Assembly (NCBI GenBank): GCA_045614625.1
Contig: JAZLDE010000147.1
Location: 1 to 58,296, forward strand
Direction: 5' to 3'
Length of the DNA: 58,296 nt
Origin: Eubacteriales bacterium
GTDB taxonomy: Bacteria; Bacillota; Clostridia; Oscillospirales; CAG-272
Positions 45,948 through 57,560 of this stretch are shown piece after piece (position 1 is the stretch's first letter; each line of letters begins with the position of its first letter). The position numbers and the translations under genes were made by a program. Under the pieces are notes generated by a model. It made no database searches. It saw only the letters and a list, made by a program, of their open reading frames with translations, and was not told the DNA's origin.

Positions 45948-45976
45948 ATTATACCACAGTGTTTGCATAAATGCAA
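45948..45976 (-). promoter_or_regulatory. Putative rpsT promoter
   Basis: On the minus strand: TTGCAT-17 nt-TATAAT. Confidence 0.4.
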
Positions 45977-46099
45977 GAGGTTTTTGAAAATTTTTGAAAA
46001 AAGAAATTACCCATTCGTCAAAAAAACGGCCCGAAACAGCGACTTTAAACAAAAATAGAGAAAAAAGCGGTGAGAAAAGGAAAATTTTGCGAAAAATGC

Positions 46100-46128
46100 T
46101 TGACAAATTGCTGATCCTATGATACAAT
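46100..46128 (+). promoter_or_regulatory. Putative rpoBC promoter
   Basis: TTGACA-17 nt-TACAAT, about 215 nt upstream of the rpoB ATG. Confidence 0.45.
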
Positions 46129-46344
46129 AGTAAACTGCATTACAATCGCCTGTTTTCGGAAAGAATTGGTGAAAGTGCAGTATTTTTGTTTTCTGCAAGG
46201 CAAAAATTTCGTCGATTTGACCACGCCTGAAATGTAAATATTTTATGGATTATTGGTTAAATTTCTGTAACTTTTACTGATTTTTACCGTCATCCGCGTC
46301 GGCGGACGGGCAAAGCATTACTTTGAATGGAGTGATTGGATTAA

Positions 46345-49300
46345 ATGATTAATGTAAGAGAGCAAAAACTCGGCCAGAACGTTCGTATGAGCTTCTCCAA
46401 GTCGAACACGACGCTCGAACTGCCCAATCTGGTAGAGATCCAGACCAAATCGTTCGAGTGGTTCATCAACGAGGGCTTGGGAGAGGTATTGCGCGACGTA
46501 TCGCCCATTACCGACTATTCGGGCAACCTGCAGATCGATTTCATCGATTATTCGCTGGACAGCAAGCCCAAGTACAGCATCGAGGAGTGCAAGGAGCGCG
46601 ACGCGAACTATGCTGCCCCCCTGAAGGTTAACGTTCGCCTGACGAATCGCCAGACCGGCGAGGTCAAGCAGACCGATATTTTCATGGGCGAATTCCCCAT
46701 CATGACCAAGACGGGTACCTTCGTCATCAACGGTGCGGAACGTGTTATCGTTTCGCAGATCATCCGTTCCCCCGGCATGTATTACGCCACCGATATCGAC
46801 AAGATGGGTAAGCGTACCTATGCCACCCAGATCATCCCCTACCGCGGCGCATGGCTGGAGTACGAGACGGATATCAATGGCGTTATGTACGTCCGCATCG
46901 ATAAAAACCGTAAGCTGCCGCTGACGATGTTCATCCGCGCGCTGGGCATTGAGTCCCGCGAGGATATTTTCGCTATGTTTGGCGAAGACGATCATCTGCT
47001 GGCAACGCTGGAAAAGGACGAGAGTGAAGCGCTGGCAGACCGTGACCATTCGACGGTCGGCGTCGAGGCTCTCAAGGAGATCTACAAGAAGCTGCGTCCC
47101 GGCGAGCCTCCTTTGGTTGAGTCGGCACAGACGCTGATCAATAACTATTTCTTTGATGCCAAGAGATATGACATCGCACCCGTTGGTCGTTTCCGCTTCG
47201 ATAAGAAGATGGCCATCGGCCCCCGTATTGCAAACCACCGTTTGGCAGAGGACGTTGTCAGCCCCATCACGGGTGAAGTGCTGTATGAGGCAGGCACCGT
47301 GCTGAACGAGGAGATGGCACTGCGCGTACAGTATGCGGCTGTGAATGAGGTTACGCTGCAGCTGGACAACGGTGACAAGCTGCGCGTCGTTTCCAACAAT
47401 ACCATCGAGCCCGAGCACCTGTTGGGCTTTGATCTGAAGGATTGCGGAGTTAATGAGAAGGTAAGAACTGCCGTCATGATGGAAATCATGCAGGAGTGCG
47501 GCGGTGACGTTGACGCAATCAAGGCAATGGCCAAGGCACGCATTGCAGAGCTGTGCCCCAAGCACATTACCAAGGACGATATTTTTGCATCGATCAGCTA
47601 TATGATCGGTCTGATGCATGACGTTGGTCAGTACGACGACATCGACCACTTGGGCAACCGCCGTATCCGTTCGGTCGGTGAGCAGCTGCAAAACGCTTTG
47701 CGCATTGGCTTTGCCCGTATGGACAAGATCGTCAAGGAGCGTATGACCACCCAGGACAGCGAAAAGCTGACGCCCCAGGCGCTCATCAACATCCGTCCCG
47801 TAACCACGGCAATCCGTGAGTTCTTCGGCTCGTCTCAGCTGTCCCAGTTCATGGACCAAAACAACCCTCTGGCAGAGCTGACGCACAAGCGCCGTCTGTC
47901 CGCGCTGGGTCCCGGCGGTCTGTCTCGTGATCGCGCTTCCTTCGATGTCCGTGACGTTCACTACACCCACTACGGTCGTATGTGTCCTATCGAGACGCCT
48001 GAAGGTCCTAATATCGGTCTGATTTCCTATTTGACCACCTATGCCCGTATCAGCGATTACGGCTTCATCGAAGCACCCTACCGTCGCGTCAAGCACGTAA
48101 CGGATGAAGCAACGGGTGAAGTCCGCAACTACGTCACCGATGAGGTCGAATACATGACGGCCGACGTCGAGGATGCTTATATCATCGCACAGGCCAACGA
48201 GCCTGTATCCGAGGACGGCGAGCTGCTCAATAAGACGGTCACCGCCCGCGATAGAGCCGAGATCATCGAGATCGATGCTTCCAAGATCGATTTCATGGAC
48301 GTATCTCCCAAGATGGTCGTTTCCGTTGCCACCGCATCCATTCCTTTCCTTGAGAACGATGACAACTCTCGTGCACTCATGGGTTCGAACATGCAGAAGC
48401 AGGCAGTACCGCTGATGGTCACCGATTCTCCTATCGTTGCTACCGGTATGGAGTACAAGGCGGCTGTTGACTCCGGCGTTGTCATCGTCGCTAAGAACGC
48501 AGGTCGCGTTGAGCGCGTTGATGCTGATAAGATCGTCGTTGCTTGCGAGGATGGCACTAAGGACGTTTACGAGCTGATCAAGTTCAAGAGAACCAACCAG
48601 GGTACCTGCTTCAACCAGCGTCCCGTTGTTAAAAAGGATCAGTTGATCGAGGCCGGCCAGGTCATTGCCGACGGTCCCGCAACCGCAAACGGTGAGATTT
48701 CGCTGGGTAAGAACGCCCTCATCGGCTTTATGACCTGGGAAGGTTATAACTACGAGGACGCAGTTCTGCTCAACGAGCGTATGGTCCGCGATGACGTTTA
48801 CACGTCGTTGCATATTGAAGAATATACCCATGAAGCACGTGACACCAAGCTGGGTCCGGAGGAGATCACTCGTGAGATTCCCAACGTCGGTGAGGACGCG
48901 CTCAAGGATCTGAACGCAGACGGTATCGTCAAGAAGGGTACCGAAGTGCGTTCGGGTGACATTCTGGTCGGTAAGATCACGCCCAAGGGCGAGACCGAGC
49001 TGACGGCAGAAGAAAGACTGCTTCGCGCCATCTTTGGTGAGAAGGCAAGAGAAGTCCGCGACACCTCGCTGCGTCTGCAGCACGGTGAGGCCGGTATCGT
49101 CGTTGACGTTAAGGTGTTCAGCCACGAGCAGGGCGACGAGCTGCCTGCCGGTGTCAACAAGGTCGTTCGCGTTTATATCGCACAGAAGAGAAAGATCTCG
49201 GTCGGTGACAAGATGGCAGGTCGACACGGTAATAAGGGTGTCGTTTCCCGCATTCTGCCTCCCGAGGATATGCCCTTCCTGCCCGACGGTACGCCTTTGG

Positions 49301-50289
49301 ATATCGTTTTGAACCCTCTGGGCGTTCCTTCCCGTATGAACATCGGTCAGGTGCTTGAGGTTCACCTCGGTATCGCCGCACGCAAGCTGGGCTGGAAGAT
49401 CATGACCCCCGTATTCGACGGCGCAAACGAGAAGGACATTCTCGAGTGCCTCAAGGCTGCAGGTCTGTACCGCGACGTATTCCCGTTGGAGAACGCCGAG
49501 GGTAAGGATCTGTATGAGGAAGTAACCGACGCTGAAACGGGCAAGAAGGATCTTCGCCTGCTGTCCGCGGAAGAGATTCTCAACAAGGAATATATCGACA
49601 CGCTGCGTGCTGAAAAGCGTCTGAAGGTCATCGACGGTAAGACGGTACTGTACGACGGTCGTACGGGTGAGCCTTTTGATAACCCCGTTACGGTTGGTAT
49701 CATGTACTATCTGAAGCTGCACCACCTGGTTGACGATAAGATCCACGCACGTTCCAATGGTCCGTACTCGCTGGTTACCCAGCAGCCTCTGGGCGGTAAG
49801 GCTCAGTTCGGCGGTCAGAGATTCGGTGAGATGGAGGTCTGGGCACTCGAGGCTTACGGTGCCGCCTACACGCTGCAGGAAATCCTGACAGTCAAGTCGG
49901 ACGATATCAACGGTCGTCGTCGTGCATACGAGGCGATCATCAAGGGACAGAACATCCCCACGCCGGGCGTTCCCGAGTCCTTCAAGGTGCTTGTCAAGGA
50001 GCTGCAGTCGCTGGCGCTTGACGTTCGCGTTCTCAATGCCAAGGGCGAGGAGATCCAACTCTCCACGCTGTGCAACGAGGATGAGCCCGTTCCTTACGCA
50101 AAGGCTGATATCAAGGCCTTGAGCGAGGATCTGGAGCAGGGCGTTGAGACGGACGATCTGTACGAGTCGTTCCAGATCGAACACGAGGACGGCGATGATT
50201 CGCTGCTTCCCGAGGACGAAGACTCCATGTACGGCGACGTATATGAAGAGGAGTCGGCTGACGACGATTATTACGGCGATGATAACTGA
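46345..50289 (+). CDS. rpoB: DNA-directed RNA polymerase subunit beta
   Basis: Full-length RpoB similarity ([37 protein letters not shown]). Confidence 0.97.
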   Translation: MINVREQKLGQNVRMSFSKSNTTLELPNLVEIQTKSFEWFINEGLGEVLRDVSPITDYSGNLQIDFIDYSLDSKPKYSIEECKERDANYAAPLKVNVRLTNRQTGEVKQTDIFMGEFPIMTKTGTFVINGAERVIVSQIIRSPGMYYATDIDKMGKRTYATQIIPYRGAWLEYETDINGVMYVRIDKNRKLPLTMFIRALGIESREDIFAMFGEDDHLLATLEKDESEALADRDHSTVGVEALKEIYKKLRPGEPPLVESAQTLINNYFFDAKRYDIAPVGRFRFDKKMAIGPRIANHRLAEDVVSPITGEVLYEAGTVLNEEMALRVQYAAVNEVTLQLDNGDKLRVVSNNTIEPEHLLGFDLKDCGVNEKVRTAVMMEIMQECGGDVDAIKAMAKARIAELCPKHITKDDIFASISYMIGLMHDVGQYDDIDHLGNRRIRSVGEQLQNALRIGFARMDKIVKERMTTQDSEKLTPQALINIRPVTTAIREFFGSSQLSQFMDQNNPLAELTHKRRLSALGPGGLSRDRASFDVRDVHYTHYGRMCPIETPEGPNIGLISYLTTYARISDYGFIEAPYRRVKHVTDEATGEVRNYVTDEVEYMTADVEDAYIIAQANEPVSEDGELLNKTVTARDRAEIIEIDASKIDFMDVSPKMVVSVATASIPFLENDDNSRALMGSNMQKQAVPLMVTDSPIVATGMEYKAAVDSGVVIVAKNAGRVERVDADKIVVACEDGTKDVYELIKFKRTNQGTCFNQRPVVKKDQLIEAGQVIADGPATANGEISLGKNALIGFMTWEGYNYEDAVLLNERMVRDDVYTSLHIEEYTHEARDTKLGPEEITREIPNVGEDALKDLNADGIVKKGTEVRSGDILVGKITPKGETELTAEERLLRAIFGEKAREVRDTSLRLQHGEAGIVVDVKVFSHEQGDELPAGVNKVVRVYIAQKRKISVGDKMAGRHGNKGVVSRILPPEDMPFLPDGTPLDIVLNPLGVPSRMNIGQVLEVHLGIAARKLGWKIMTPVFDGANEKDILECLKAAGLYRDVFPLENAEGKDLYEEVTDAETGKKDLRLLSAEEILNKEYIDTLRAEKRLKVIDGKTVLYDGRTGEPFDNPVTVGIMYYLKLHHLVDDKIHARSNGPYSLVTQQPLGGKAQFGGQRFGEMEVWALEAYGAAYTLQEILTVKSDDINGRRRAYEAIIKGQNIPTPGVPESFKVLVKELQSLALDVRVLNAKGEEIQLSTLCNEDEPVPYAKADIKALSEDLEQGVETDDLYESFQIEHEDGDDSLLPEDEDSMYGDVYEEESADDDYYGDDN

Positions 50290-50307
50290 TAAGGGAGTGT
50301 AAGAAGA

Positions 50308-53300
50308 ATGGCTGTAGAGCGTAACGAATTTTCTTCGATTAAAATCGGTCTTGCCTCTCCGGATATGATCCGTGAGTGGTCCTATGGCGAGGTGACCAAA
50401 CCTGAGACCATCAATTACAGAACCCTCAAGGCAGAAGTCGGAGGCTTGTTCTGCGAGCGTATTTTTGGTCCGACCAAGGATGGCGCTTGTATGTGCGGCA
50501 AGTATAAGAACTCGCACACCAAGGAAGTCATCAAGTGCGAAAAGTGCGGCGTCGACGTTACCACCAAGAAGGTGCGTCGTGAACGTATGGGTCATATCGA
50601 GCTTGCATGCCCGGTGTCTCACATCTGGTATTTCAAGGCGATCCCCTCCCGCATGGCACTGATTCTGGATATTTCCCCCAAGCTGCTCGAGCAGGTGCTG
50701 TACTTTGCCGAGAACGTTGTGCTGGATCCCGGTACGACGCCTCTGGTCAAGGGTACCGTGCTGTCCGAGAAGCAGCTCGAGGAATACCGTGAAATGTATG
50801 CAAGCGCTTTCCGCGTCGGTATGGGCGCGGAGGCGATCAAGGAATTGCTCCGCGACATCGGTCTTAGCAAGTCTCAGATCGATCGCCGCAATGAGCTCGA
50901 GGCAATGGAAGAGCTGACCGAGGAGGAGAAGGCAGAGCTTGAGAATCTGCACCGCGTTGGTATCGTCAACCTTGCTGAGGAGCTCAAGACTGACCTGGTC
51001 ACTGCAACGGGTCAGAAGAAGACGCGTATCATCAAGCGTCTGGAGGTTGTCGAGGCGTTCCGCAAGTCGGGTAACTACCTGGATTGGATGATTCTGGACG
51101 TTGTTCCCGTTTTGCCTGCCGACATCCGTCCCATGGTTCAGCTGGACGGTGGCCGTTTTGCTTGTTCTGACCTGAACGAGCTGTATCGCCGCGTCATCAG
51201 CCGTAATAACCGTCTGAAGAAGCTGCTCGAGATCCGCACCCCCGAGATCGTGGTGCGTAACGAGAAGAGAATGCTGCAGGAGGCTGTCGACGCTCTGATC
51301 GACAACGGTCGCCGCGGCAAGCCCGTTACGGGCGCGTCCAATAGACCTTTGAAGTCTCTGTCCGAGATGCTCAGAGGTAAGCAGGGCCGCTTCCGTCAGA
51401 ACCTGCTGGGTAAGCGTGTCGACTATTCCGGTCGTTCCGTTATCGTCGTTGGTCCTAATCTTAAGATCTATCAGTGCGGTCTGCCTAAGGAAATGGCGAT
51501 CGAGCTGTTCAAGCCTTTCGTTATCAAGAGATTGGTCGAGATGCAGAAGGCAACCAACGTCAAGGACGCACAGAAGAAGATCGACAAGGCATACGAGAAC
51601 TCCTGCGTTTGGGATGCTCTCGAGAACGTTATCAAGGAGCACCCCGTGCTTCTGAACCGTGCACCTACGCTGCACCGTCTGTCCATTCAGGCATTCGAGC
51701 CCGTACTGGTTGAAGGCCGTGCTATCAAGCTGCACCCGCTGGTATGTCCTGCATTTAACGCGGACTTTGACGGTGACCAGATGCCCGTACACGTTCCGCT
51801 GTCTGCTGAGGCTCAGGCTGAGGCAAGATTCCTCATGCTGTCTGCTAATAACCTGCTCAAGCCCATGAACGGTCGAGCCGTCACGGTTCCTTCGCAGGAT
51901 ATGATCCTGGGTTCGTACTACCTGACCATGCTCAAGGAGGGTGAGCCCGGTGAAGGTCACTACTTCCGCGATTACAACGAGGCGCTGATGGCTTATACCA
52001 ACGGCGAGCTCGGCCTGCACGCGCTGTGTAAGGTTCGTGTTTCCAAGGAGATCGATGGCGTTGTTCGCTACAAGACCATTGAGACAACGCTGGGTCGCTT
52101 GATCTTCAACCAGCCCATCCCTCAGGACCTGGGCTTCGTTGATCGCAGCAACCCCGAAAACGAGTTCAAGCTGGAAGTTGAATTCGTGACCAAGAAGAAG
52201 CAGCTCGGCCAGATCATCGACTTCTGCATCAAGAAGCACGGCTCTGCAGAGTGTGCACAGATGCTGGATGCTATCAAGGAGATGGGTTACAAGTATTCGA
52301 CTCGTGCTTCCTTCTCCATCTCGGTCTACGATATGACCATTCCCAAGGAAAAGCCCGCATACCTGGCTGAGGCTCAGAAGAAGGTTGATATCATCTTCAA
52401 GCACTACCTGCGTGGTGAGCTGTCCGAGGAAGAGCGCTATAACAACGTCATCAAGATCTGGGAGCAGACGACTGGCGACGTTACGGCGGCGCTGCAGAAC
52501 AGCTTCTCCACCTTCAACCCCATTAAGATCATGTCGGATTCCGGTGCCCGTGGTTCGATCGCTCAGATGCGTCAGCTGGCAGGTATGCGAGGGCTTATGT
52601 TCTCCACCGATGGTAAGACCATCGAAATTCCCATTAAGTCCAACTTCCGCGAAGGTATGAAGATCCTCGAGTACTTCATGGGTGCTAAGGGTTCGCGTAA
52701 ATCGCTGTCCGATACCGCACTCCGTACCGCAGACTCTGGTTATTTGACCAGACGTCTTGTTGACGTTTCGCACAACGTTATCATCCGTGAGGAGAAGTGC
52801 GACACGACCAAGGGTGCTTGGGTCAATGCTATCGTAGATGAAAAGGATAAGAATGTACTCGAATCTCTTGAGGACCGTATCGTTGGTCGTTACACCATCG
52901 GTGAGGTCGTCAATCCCACCACGGGTGAGATCATCGTCGGCGACGACGAGATGATCAGCGAGGAGCAGGCATCTGCTATTGTCAAGGCAGGCATCGATAA
53001 GGTATATATCCGTACCGTTATCCAGTGCCATGCGAAGGACGGTATCTGTGCTCGCTGCTACGGTGCTGACCTGGCATCCGGTCTGCCCGTCAACGTTGGC
53101 GAGGCTGTTGGTATCATCGCGGCACAGTCCATCGGTGAACCCGGTACCCAGCTGACCATGAGAACCTTCCACTCCGGTGGTGTCGCAGGCTCGGATATTA
53201 CCCAGGGTCTGCCTCGTGTCGAAGAGCTGTTTGAGGCACGTCAGCCCAAGAAGCCGGCTATCATGACCGAGCACTCGGGTGTTGCTCGTATTCAGGTTGG

Positions 53301-54009
53301 TGAGATGCCCGGTATCAACGAGGTTCACACCCACTCTGAGGAGACGGGTGAGTTGGTCAAGTACGTCATTCCTTACGGCATGCGTCTGGCTATCCTGGAC
53401 GGCGATCGCGTTGTTCGCGGTCAGGGCCTGACCGACGGTAACAAGGCTCCCGCAGACATCATGCGTATTCTTGGCCTGAATGCCGTTTATGAGTATATCA
53501 TCAAGGAAATTCAGCGCGTTTACCGTTCGCAGTCTTGTGACGTAAACGATAAGCACATCGAGATCATCGCTCGTCAGATGACGCGAAAGATGCGCATCGA
53601 AGACAACGGTGACACGGATCTGCTGCAGGGTGCACTGGTTGACATTATGGAGCTTGAGGAGGCAAACAACCTCATCGAGGCTCGCGTTAATGCCGGTGAG
53701 GATACGCTCAAGCCTGCCGTCGGTAGCCCCGTACTGCTGGGTATTACCAAGGCATCGCTGCAGACCACCTCGTTCATGTCCGCTGCGTCCTTCCAGGAAA
53801 CCACCAAGGTACTCACCGAGGCGGCAATCTGCGGTAAGGTCGACCATCTGTGCGGTTTGAAAGAAAACGTTATCATCGGTAAGCTCATTCCCGCAGGTAC
53901 GGGTCTGGCTTGCTACCGTGGTATCGAGGTTAAGCACAACGAGGAGCCCGAGGAGGCAGACGAACTGCTTGACGGCGAATTTGCTTCTGTCGTGGCACAG
54001 GCTGAATAA
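50308..54009 (+). CDS. rpoC: DNA-directed RNA polymerase subunit beta'
   Basis: NADFDGDQM catalytic motif, Zn-binding Cys cluster, full-length similarity. Confidence 0.97.
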   Translation: MAVERNEFSSIKIGLASPDMIREWSYGEVTKPETINYRTLKAEVGGLFCERIFGPTKDGACMCGKYKNSHTKEVIKCEKCGVDVTTKKVRRERMGHIELACPVSHIWYFKAIPSRMALILDISPKLLEQVLYFAENVVLDPGTTPLVKGTVLSEKQLEEYREMYASAFRVGMGAEAIKELLRDIGLSKSQIDRRNELEAMEELTEEEKAELENLHRVGIVNLAEELKTDLVTATGQKKTRIIKRLEVVEAFRKSGNYLDWMILDVVPVLPADIRPMVQLDGGRFACSDLNELYRRVISRNNRLKKLLEIRTPEIVVRNEKRMLQEAVDALIDNGRRGKPVTGASNRPLKSLSEMLRGKQGRFRQNLLGKRVDYSGRSVIVVGPNLKIYQCGLPKEMAIELFKPFVIKRLVEMQKATNVKDAQKKIDKAYENSCVWDALENVIKEHPVLLNRAPTLHRLSIQAFEPVLVEGRAIKLHPLVCPAFNADFDGDQMPVHVPLSAEAQAEARFLMLSANNLLKPMNGRAVTVPSQDMILGSYYLTMLKEGEPGEGHYFRDYNEALMAYTNGELGLHALCKVRVSKEIDGVVRYKTIETTLGRLIFNQPIPQDLGFVDRSNPENEFKLEVEFVTKKKQLGQIIDFCIKKHGSAECAQMLDAIKEMGYKYSTRASFSISVYDMTIPKEKPAYLAEAQKKVDIIFKHYLRGELSEEERYNNVIKIWEQTTGDVTAALQNSFSTFNPIKIMSDSGARGSIAQMRQLAGMRGLMFSTDGKTIEIPIKSNFREGMKILEYFMGAKGSRKSLSDTALRTADSGYLTRRLVDVSHNVIIREEKCDTTKGAWVNAIVDEKDKNVLESLEDRIVGRYTIGEVVNPTTGEIIVGDDEMISEEQASAIVKAGIDKVYIRTVIQCHAKDGICARCYGADLASGLPVNVGEAVGIIAAQSIGEPGTQLTMRTFHSGGVAGSDITQGLPRVEELFEARQPKKPAIMTEHSGVARIQVGEMPGINEVHTHSEETGELVKYVIPYGMRLAILDGDRVVRGQGLTDGNKAPADIMRILGLNAVYEYIIKEIQRVYRSQSCDVNDKHIEIIARQMTRKMRIEDNGDTDLLQGALVDIMELEEANNLIEARVNAGEDTLKPAVGSPVLLGITKASLQTTSFMSAASFQETTKVLTEAAICGKVDHLCGLKENVIIGKLIPAGTGLACYRGIEVKHNEEPEEADELLDGEFASVVAQAE

Positions 54010-54021
54010 TAAAAATTACGA

Positions 54022-54055
54022 GGGAAAACCTGCAAAGGTTTTCCCCCGTTTTTTT
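54022..54055 (+). terminator. Rho-independent terminator after rpoC
   Basis: GGGAAAACC-tgcaa-AGGTTTTCCC followed by CCGTTTTTTT. Confidence 0.75.
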
Positions 54056-54161
54056 CTATAATGAAAACTGTCAGTAGTGCCGGTGGTTATGACTGAATAC
54101 GACCTTTTTTGTCACGCGTTGACATTTTTCTCCCTTGTGGCATACATTGTATTGAGGCGGT

Positions 54162-54545
54162 ATGCCGCCTCGAAGGGAGGAATATGATTTGAATAATATG
54201 CAGGATCTGACGCAAAAAGAACGCGTCGAGGATGGCCTTTTGGATCAGCTGATCAGCGGGTGCAAATGCGACGCCGTCCCCGCATGGCAGGGGCGCGGTG
54301 ATGCCGTAGCGCTGCCTATCTCTAGTAGGTGCGGTACGTGCGATTGTGATCATGATGAGCATGCAAGTGTGTGTGGCTTTGGCGTGGAAAACGCTGTGCT
54401 GGCCGCTGTTTGGGCGCCGCTCAATCGCTTTGATGGCATCTATGATATGGATACCGCATGGCGCAGAGGAACTATGTTTGCGACGTTGGATAAGCCGTTT
54501 TATGGCGGACAGAAGGAGGTAGACTGTCGTGGGAATGAGAGATAA
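54162..54545 (+). CDS. cotJA: Spore coat-associated protein CotJA
   Basis: LAAVWAPLNRFDGIYDMDTAWRRGTMFATLDKPFYG matches the CotJA core. The likely real start is a TTG at 54189 behind AGGGAGGA. Confidence 0.7.
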   Translation: MPPRREEYDLNNMQDLTQKERVEDGLLDQLISGCKCDAVPAWQGRGDAVALPISSRCGTCDCDHDEHASVCGFGVENAVLAAVWAPLNRFDGIYDMDTAWRRGTMFATLDKPFYGGQKEVDCRGNER

Positions 54546-55035
54546 CAATTACGCGTACACGCGTCATAGTGGGCGGCGTCTTGGCGGCTGCCAGGAGGAT
54601 CGGCGCGAGAGTCGCGACGAGGAGCGCGGCTGCGGCTGTGGTCGCTTGGGACGCGGTGTTTACGGCGGCAATCGCGGTGCGAACGAGCGCTACGAAAAAT
54701 ACGATCGCACGGATGAGCGGAGCGGTTGTGGTTGCAGAGAAAACGACCTGCCTGCACGTTCGGGCTGTGGCGAGTGTCACGAGCTGATGAACCGTCTGCA
54801 AAAGCTGGACTTTTCTATTCAGGAAACGGTGCTTTATCTGGATGCGTATCCCGATTGCTGCGAAGCCAAAAACTACTATCATCAGCTTGTCAAGGAGCGC
54901 AAAGAGGTCGCGCATGCGTATGAGAAGACATGTGGGCCGCTGTGCGCCATGGGCAACGTTAGCACAAGTACGTGGGATTGGACTCGCGCACCCTGGCCCT
55001 GGCACCCTGATTTTCCCGGTAACAACAAGGCGTAA
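54529..55035 (+). CDS. cotJB: Spore coat protein CotJB with an Arg/Gly/Cys-rich N-terminal extension
   Basis: LQKLDFSIQETVLYLDAYPDCCEAKNYYHQLVKERKE matches the CotJB core. The GTG start overlaps the cotJA end. Confidence 0.75.
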   Translation: MGMRDNNYAYTRHSGRRLGGCQEDRRESRDEERGCGCGRLGRGVYGGNRGANERYEKYDRTDERSGCGCRENDLPARSGCGECHELMNRLQKLDFSIQETVLYLDAYPDCCEAKNYYHQLVKERKEVAHAYEKTCGPLCAMGNVSTSTWDWTRAPWPWHPDFPGNNKA

Positions 55036-55048
55036 GGAGGTATAGCAC

Positions 55049-55600
55049 ATGTGGATTTATCAGAAGAAATTGCAATATCCCGTTCGCATTAAGAACCCCA
55101 ATCCCGCGTTGGCGTCTATGATTATTAGCCAAGTCGGCGGTCCTGACGGGGAGCTCAGCGCTTCCATGCGCTATCTTCATCAGCGGTATTCCATGCCTGA
55201 TGGTGACGTCGTTGGCATGCTGACGGACATCGGCAGCGAAGAACTCGGCCATCTCGAAATGGTATCGGCCATTATCCACCAGCTGACTCGCAATATTCGC
55301 GAGGATAAGATCATGGATACCCCGTTCGCGCCCTATTTTGTCGACCATACCACGGGTGTGTATCCCGTGTCTGCCGCGGGCGTGCCTAACGATCTGAAAT
55401 ACGTTGGCATCAAGGGCGATCCTATCGCTGATCTGAACGAGGACTTGGCGGCAGAGGGGGCAATAACGTTAAGACGAATTCCCCAAGATGAAAACTTTGG
55501 AATAACGATAAAATGGGGCTGTTGGCTGCTTCCGGCCTTGATTCGTGAACAAAACAGGGACGATGCAACTGCATCGTCCCTGTTTTGTATGGCGCTTTAG
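55049..55600 (+). CDS. cotJC: CotJC-like manganese-catalase-family protein; C-terminal third replaced by unrelated sequence (possibly a pseudogene)
   Basis: MWIYQKKLQYPVRIKNPNP...GGPDGELSASMRYLHQRY...GSEELGHLEM...KGDPIADLNEDLAAE is CotJC-like through aa 136. It then diverges and runs into a terminator hairpin. Confidence 0.7.
   Translation: MWIYQKKLQYPVRIKNPNPALASMIISQVGGPDGELSASMRYLHQRYSMPDGDVVGMLTDIGSEELGHLEMVSAIIHQLTRNIREDKIMDTPFAPYFVDHTTGVYPVSAAGVPNDLKYVGIKGDPIADLNEDLAAEGAITLRRIPQDENFGITIKWGCWLLPALIREQNRDDATASSLFCMAL
55554..55586. terminator. Bidirectional 13-bp hairpin shared by convergent genes
   Basis: ACAGGGACGATGC-aact-GCATCGTCCCTGT followed by TTTGT. Confidence 0.7.
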
Positions 55601-56046
55601 CGAGCAAAGAGTCCAAGAACACCGTCGACCACAAGCAAGATGCCTGCGACGAGGATCATGATGCTGAGCGCGTTACCAAAGGCAAGCATCAGACCGACCA
55701 CAACGGTGAAGATGGGGAACAAAATGCTAAGCAACGTTTTCTTGCTTCTCTTGAGTGCGTCGAGGAAGGATACGATACCCTTGACCGCAATCAAGATACC
55801 TAGCACAAGCAGAACGATGTGTGCTACCGTCCAGCCGAGGACCAGAACAGCGACGCCGATGATGACGCTGACGACACCTCCCAGTACGTTTCTTCTGAGC
55901 AAATCGAGAATACCCGAGATGACGAAAAATACACCTGCGGCGGTCATTGCCCAGCCCAGCGTCTGGTCACGGAAGACGATAAGAAGAACACCGATGATGA
56001 TGTAGAGCAGAGAAGTAAAGAAAGAGGAATTTTTCTTTTTTGCCAT
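55597..56046 (-). CDS. DUF308/HdeD-like small membrane protein
   Basis: Repeated Gly-rich helix pairs (IIIGVLLIV..., GVVSVIIGVAVLVLG...) are typical of HdeD-family proteins. Confidence 0.65.
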   Translation of the reverse strand: MAKKKNSSFFTSLLYIIIGVLLIVFRDQTLGWAMTAAGVFFVISGILDLLRRNVLGGVVSVIIGVAVLVLGWTVAHIVLLVLGILIAVKGIVSFLDALKRSKKTLLSILFPIFTVVVGLMLAFGNALSIMILVAGILLVVDGVLGLFAR

Positions 56047-56264
56047 GAGAAAGCTCCTTTCTTTTTTTTAGATTATATCATAAATTTGTCGGATTTTCAA
56101 TCATGCGGACGAAATTTTTCATTTCAAATGAATCAATGATATCGCCTGCGGGACGGCTGAGCCCTCCCGATTTTTGCGGCAGAATTTTTGTTAAACTCTT
56201 GACAAAGCCAAGAAGGGGAGGTATAATGTTAAATGAACAGGTTCATAAAAAGGCGGAGGACAGT

Positions 56265-57032
56265 ATGAAAGGAAAATTGCAATCGCGCAAACGGAAAATT
56301 CTCATATGGATTCTGTCTTTGACGCTATTGCTATCGGTGATCGTAGGTGGTTGTGCTATTTACGTCAGTGGCTACTACCATGCCGACAAAGAGGCAATCA
56401 CAGCCTTTGCGACCGAGGGCGAGATCGAGCAGAGAACACTCGAGGACGGCAGTCTCGCCTTTTTGCCTGAGAAAAGCGAGATGGGACTTATCTTTTATCC
56501 CGGTGGCAAGGTTGAATATACGGCCTATATTCCTTTAATGCGAGCTCTCGCAGCACGCGGTGTGCTGTGTATACTGATCGAAATGCCTTGCCATCTTGCC
56601 GTACTGGACATGAATGCCGCAGACGGCGTGCAGGCTGCATTTCCTGAAATCGATTGCTGGTATATCGGTGGACACTCGCTGGGCGGATCGATGGCGGCCT
56701 CATATGTTGCCAAGCATGAAACGGAGTTTGAAGGCCTGATCTTGCTGGCGTCCTATTCTACGGCCGATCTTTCGGATAGTGCGCTGACCGTTTTATCTAT
56801 ATACGGTAGCGAGGACGGTGTGATGAACCGAGAAAAGTACGAAAAGTACAAAGCAAATTTGCCGGTACATTTGAACGAAACGGTGATTGAAGGCGGTTGC
56901 CACGCCTATTTTGGCATGTACGGCGCTCAACAGGGCGACGGTACACCGCGCATCAAGGCGGCCGAGCAGATCGAGCAAACTGCGAAAACGATCGCCGCAT
57001 TGACGACTTTACAACCGAAAGAAGGAGAGTAA
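56265..57032 (+). CDS. Membrane-anchored alpha/beta hydrolase
   Basis: GHSLGG nucleophile elbow and an N-terminal TM helix. The ATG at 56265 follows a GGCGGAGGA RBS. TTGACA-17-TATAAT at 56200-56228 suggests the track's upstream start is within the promoter. Confidence 0.7.
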   Translation: MKGKLQSRKRKILIWILSLTLLLSVIVGGCAIYVSGYYHADKEAITAFATEGEIEQRTLEDGSLAFLPEKSEMGLIFYPGGKVEYTAYIPLMRALAARGVLCILIEMPCHLAVLDMNAADGVQAAFPEIDCWYIGGHSLGGSMAASYVAKHETEFEGLILLASYSTADLSDSALTVLSIYGSEDGVMNREKYEKYKANLPVHLNETVIEGGCHAYFGMYGAQQGDGTPRIKAAEQIEQTAKTIAALTTLQPKEGE

Positions 57033-57035
57033 CGT

Positions 57036-57539
57036 ATGCCCAAAATCATTGAAAATGTCCGCGAACAGTTGCTTGCGGAAGCAAAAAAGCAAATCGCCGA
57101 GCGCGGATACGCCAACACCACCGTTCGGTCGGTTGCGGGGGCGTGCGGCATCGGTGTGGGAACGGTCTACAATTATTTCAAGTCCAAGGATATGCTGATC
57201 GCTTCCTTTATGTTAGAGGATTGGCAGGAGTGTCTTGCCGATGTTCGGGCGCATGAGTCTTCGGATGCTGTTGCGCTGTTACGCAGCATCTATGAGGCGC
57301 TGCTTCACTTTTCCGATAAGCATAAAGCATTGTTTGCTGACGCGGAGGCGACCCGGGTGTTTTCCACGGTCTTCTCCAAGCGGCATAAGCAGCTGCGCGA
57401 GCAGCTGGCGGACTTGATTTCGCCCATCGCCAAGGACGACTTTGCTGCAGCCTTTATCGCCGAGTCGCTGCTGACCTGGACGATGGCAGGCGTGCCGTTT
57501 GAGCAACTGTCGGATATTCTAATGAAAATAATAAAATAA
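57036..57539 (+). CDS. TetR/AcrR family transcriptional regulator
   Basis: The N-terminal HTH reads TVRSVAGACGIGVGTVYNYFKSKD. Confidence 0.85.
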   Translation: MPKIIENVREQLLAEAKKQIAERGYANTTVRSVAGACGIGVGTVYNYFKSKDMLIASFMLEDWQECLADVRAHESSDAVALLRSIYEALLHFSDKHKALFADAEATRVFSTVFSKRHKQLREQLADLISPIAKDDFAAAFIAESLLTWTMAGVPFEQLSDILMKIIK

Positions 57540-57560
57540 AAAGACAAAGGAGATATCATT

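Noticed and set aside
46318-53937. 2539-aa stop-free ORF on the minus strand
   Set aside because: It lies exactly antisense to rpoB and rpoC, whose identities are unambiguous. Its translation is low-complexity (Leu/Val/Arg/Asp/Gly-rich) with no motifs. It is a classic shadow ORF produced by the codon bias of highly expressed genes.
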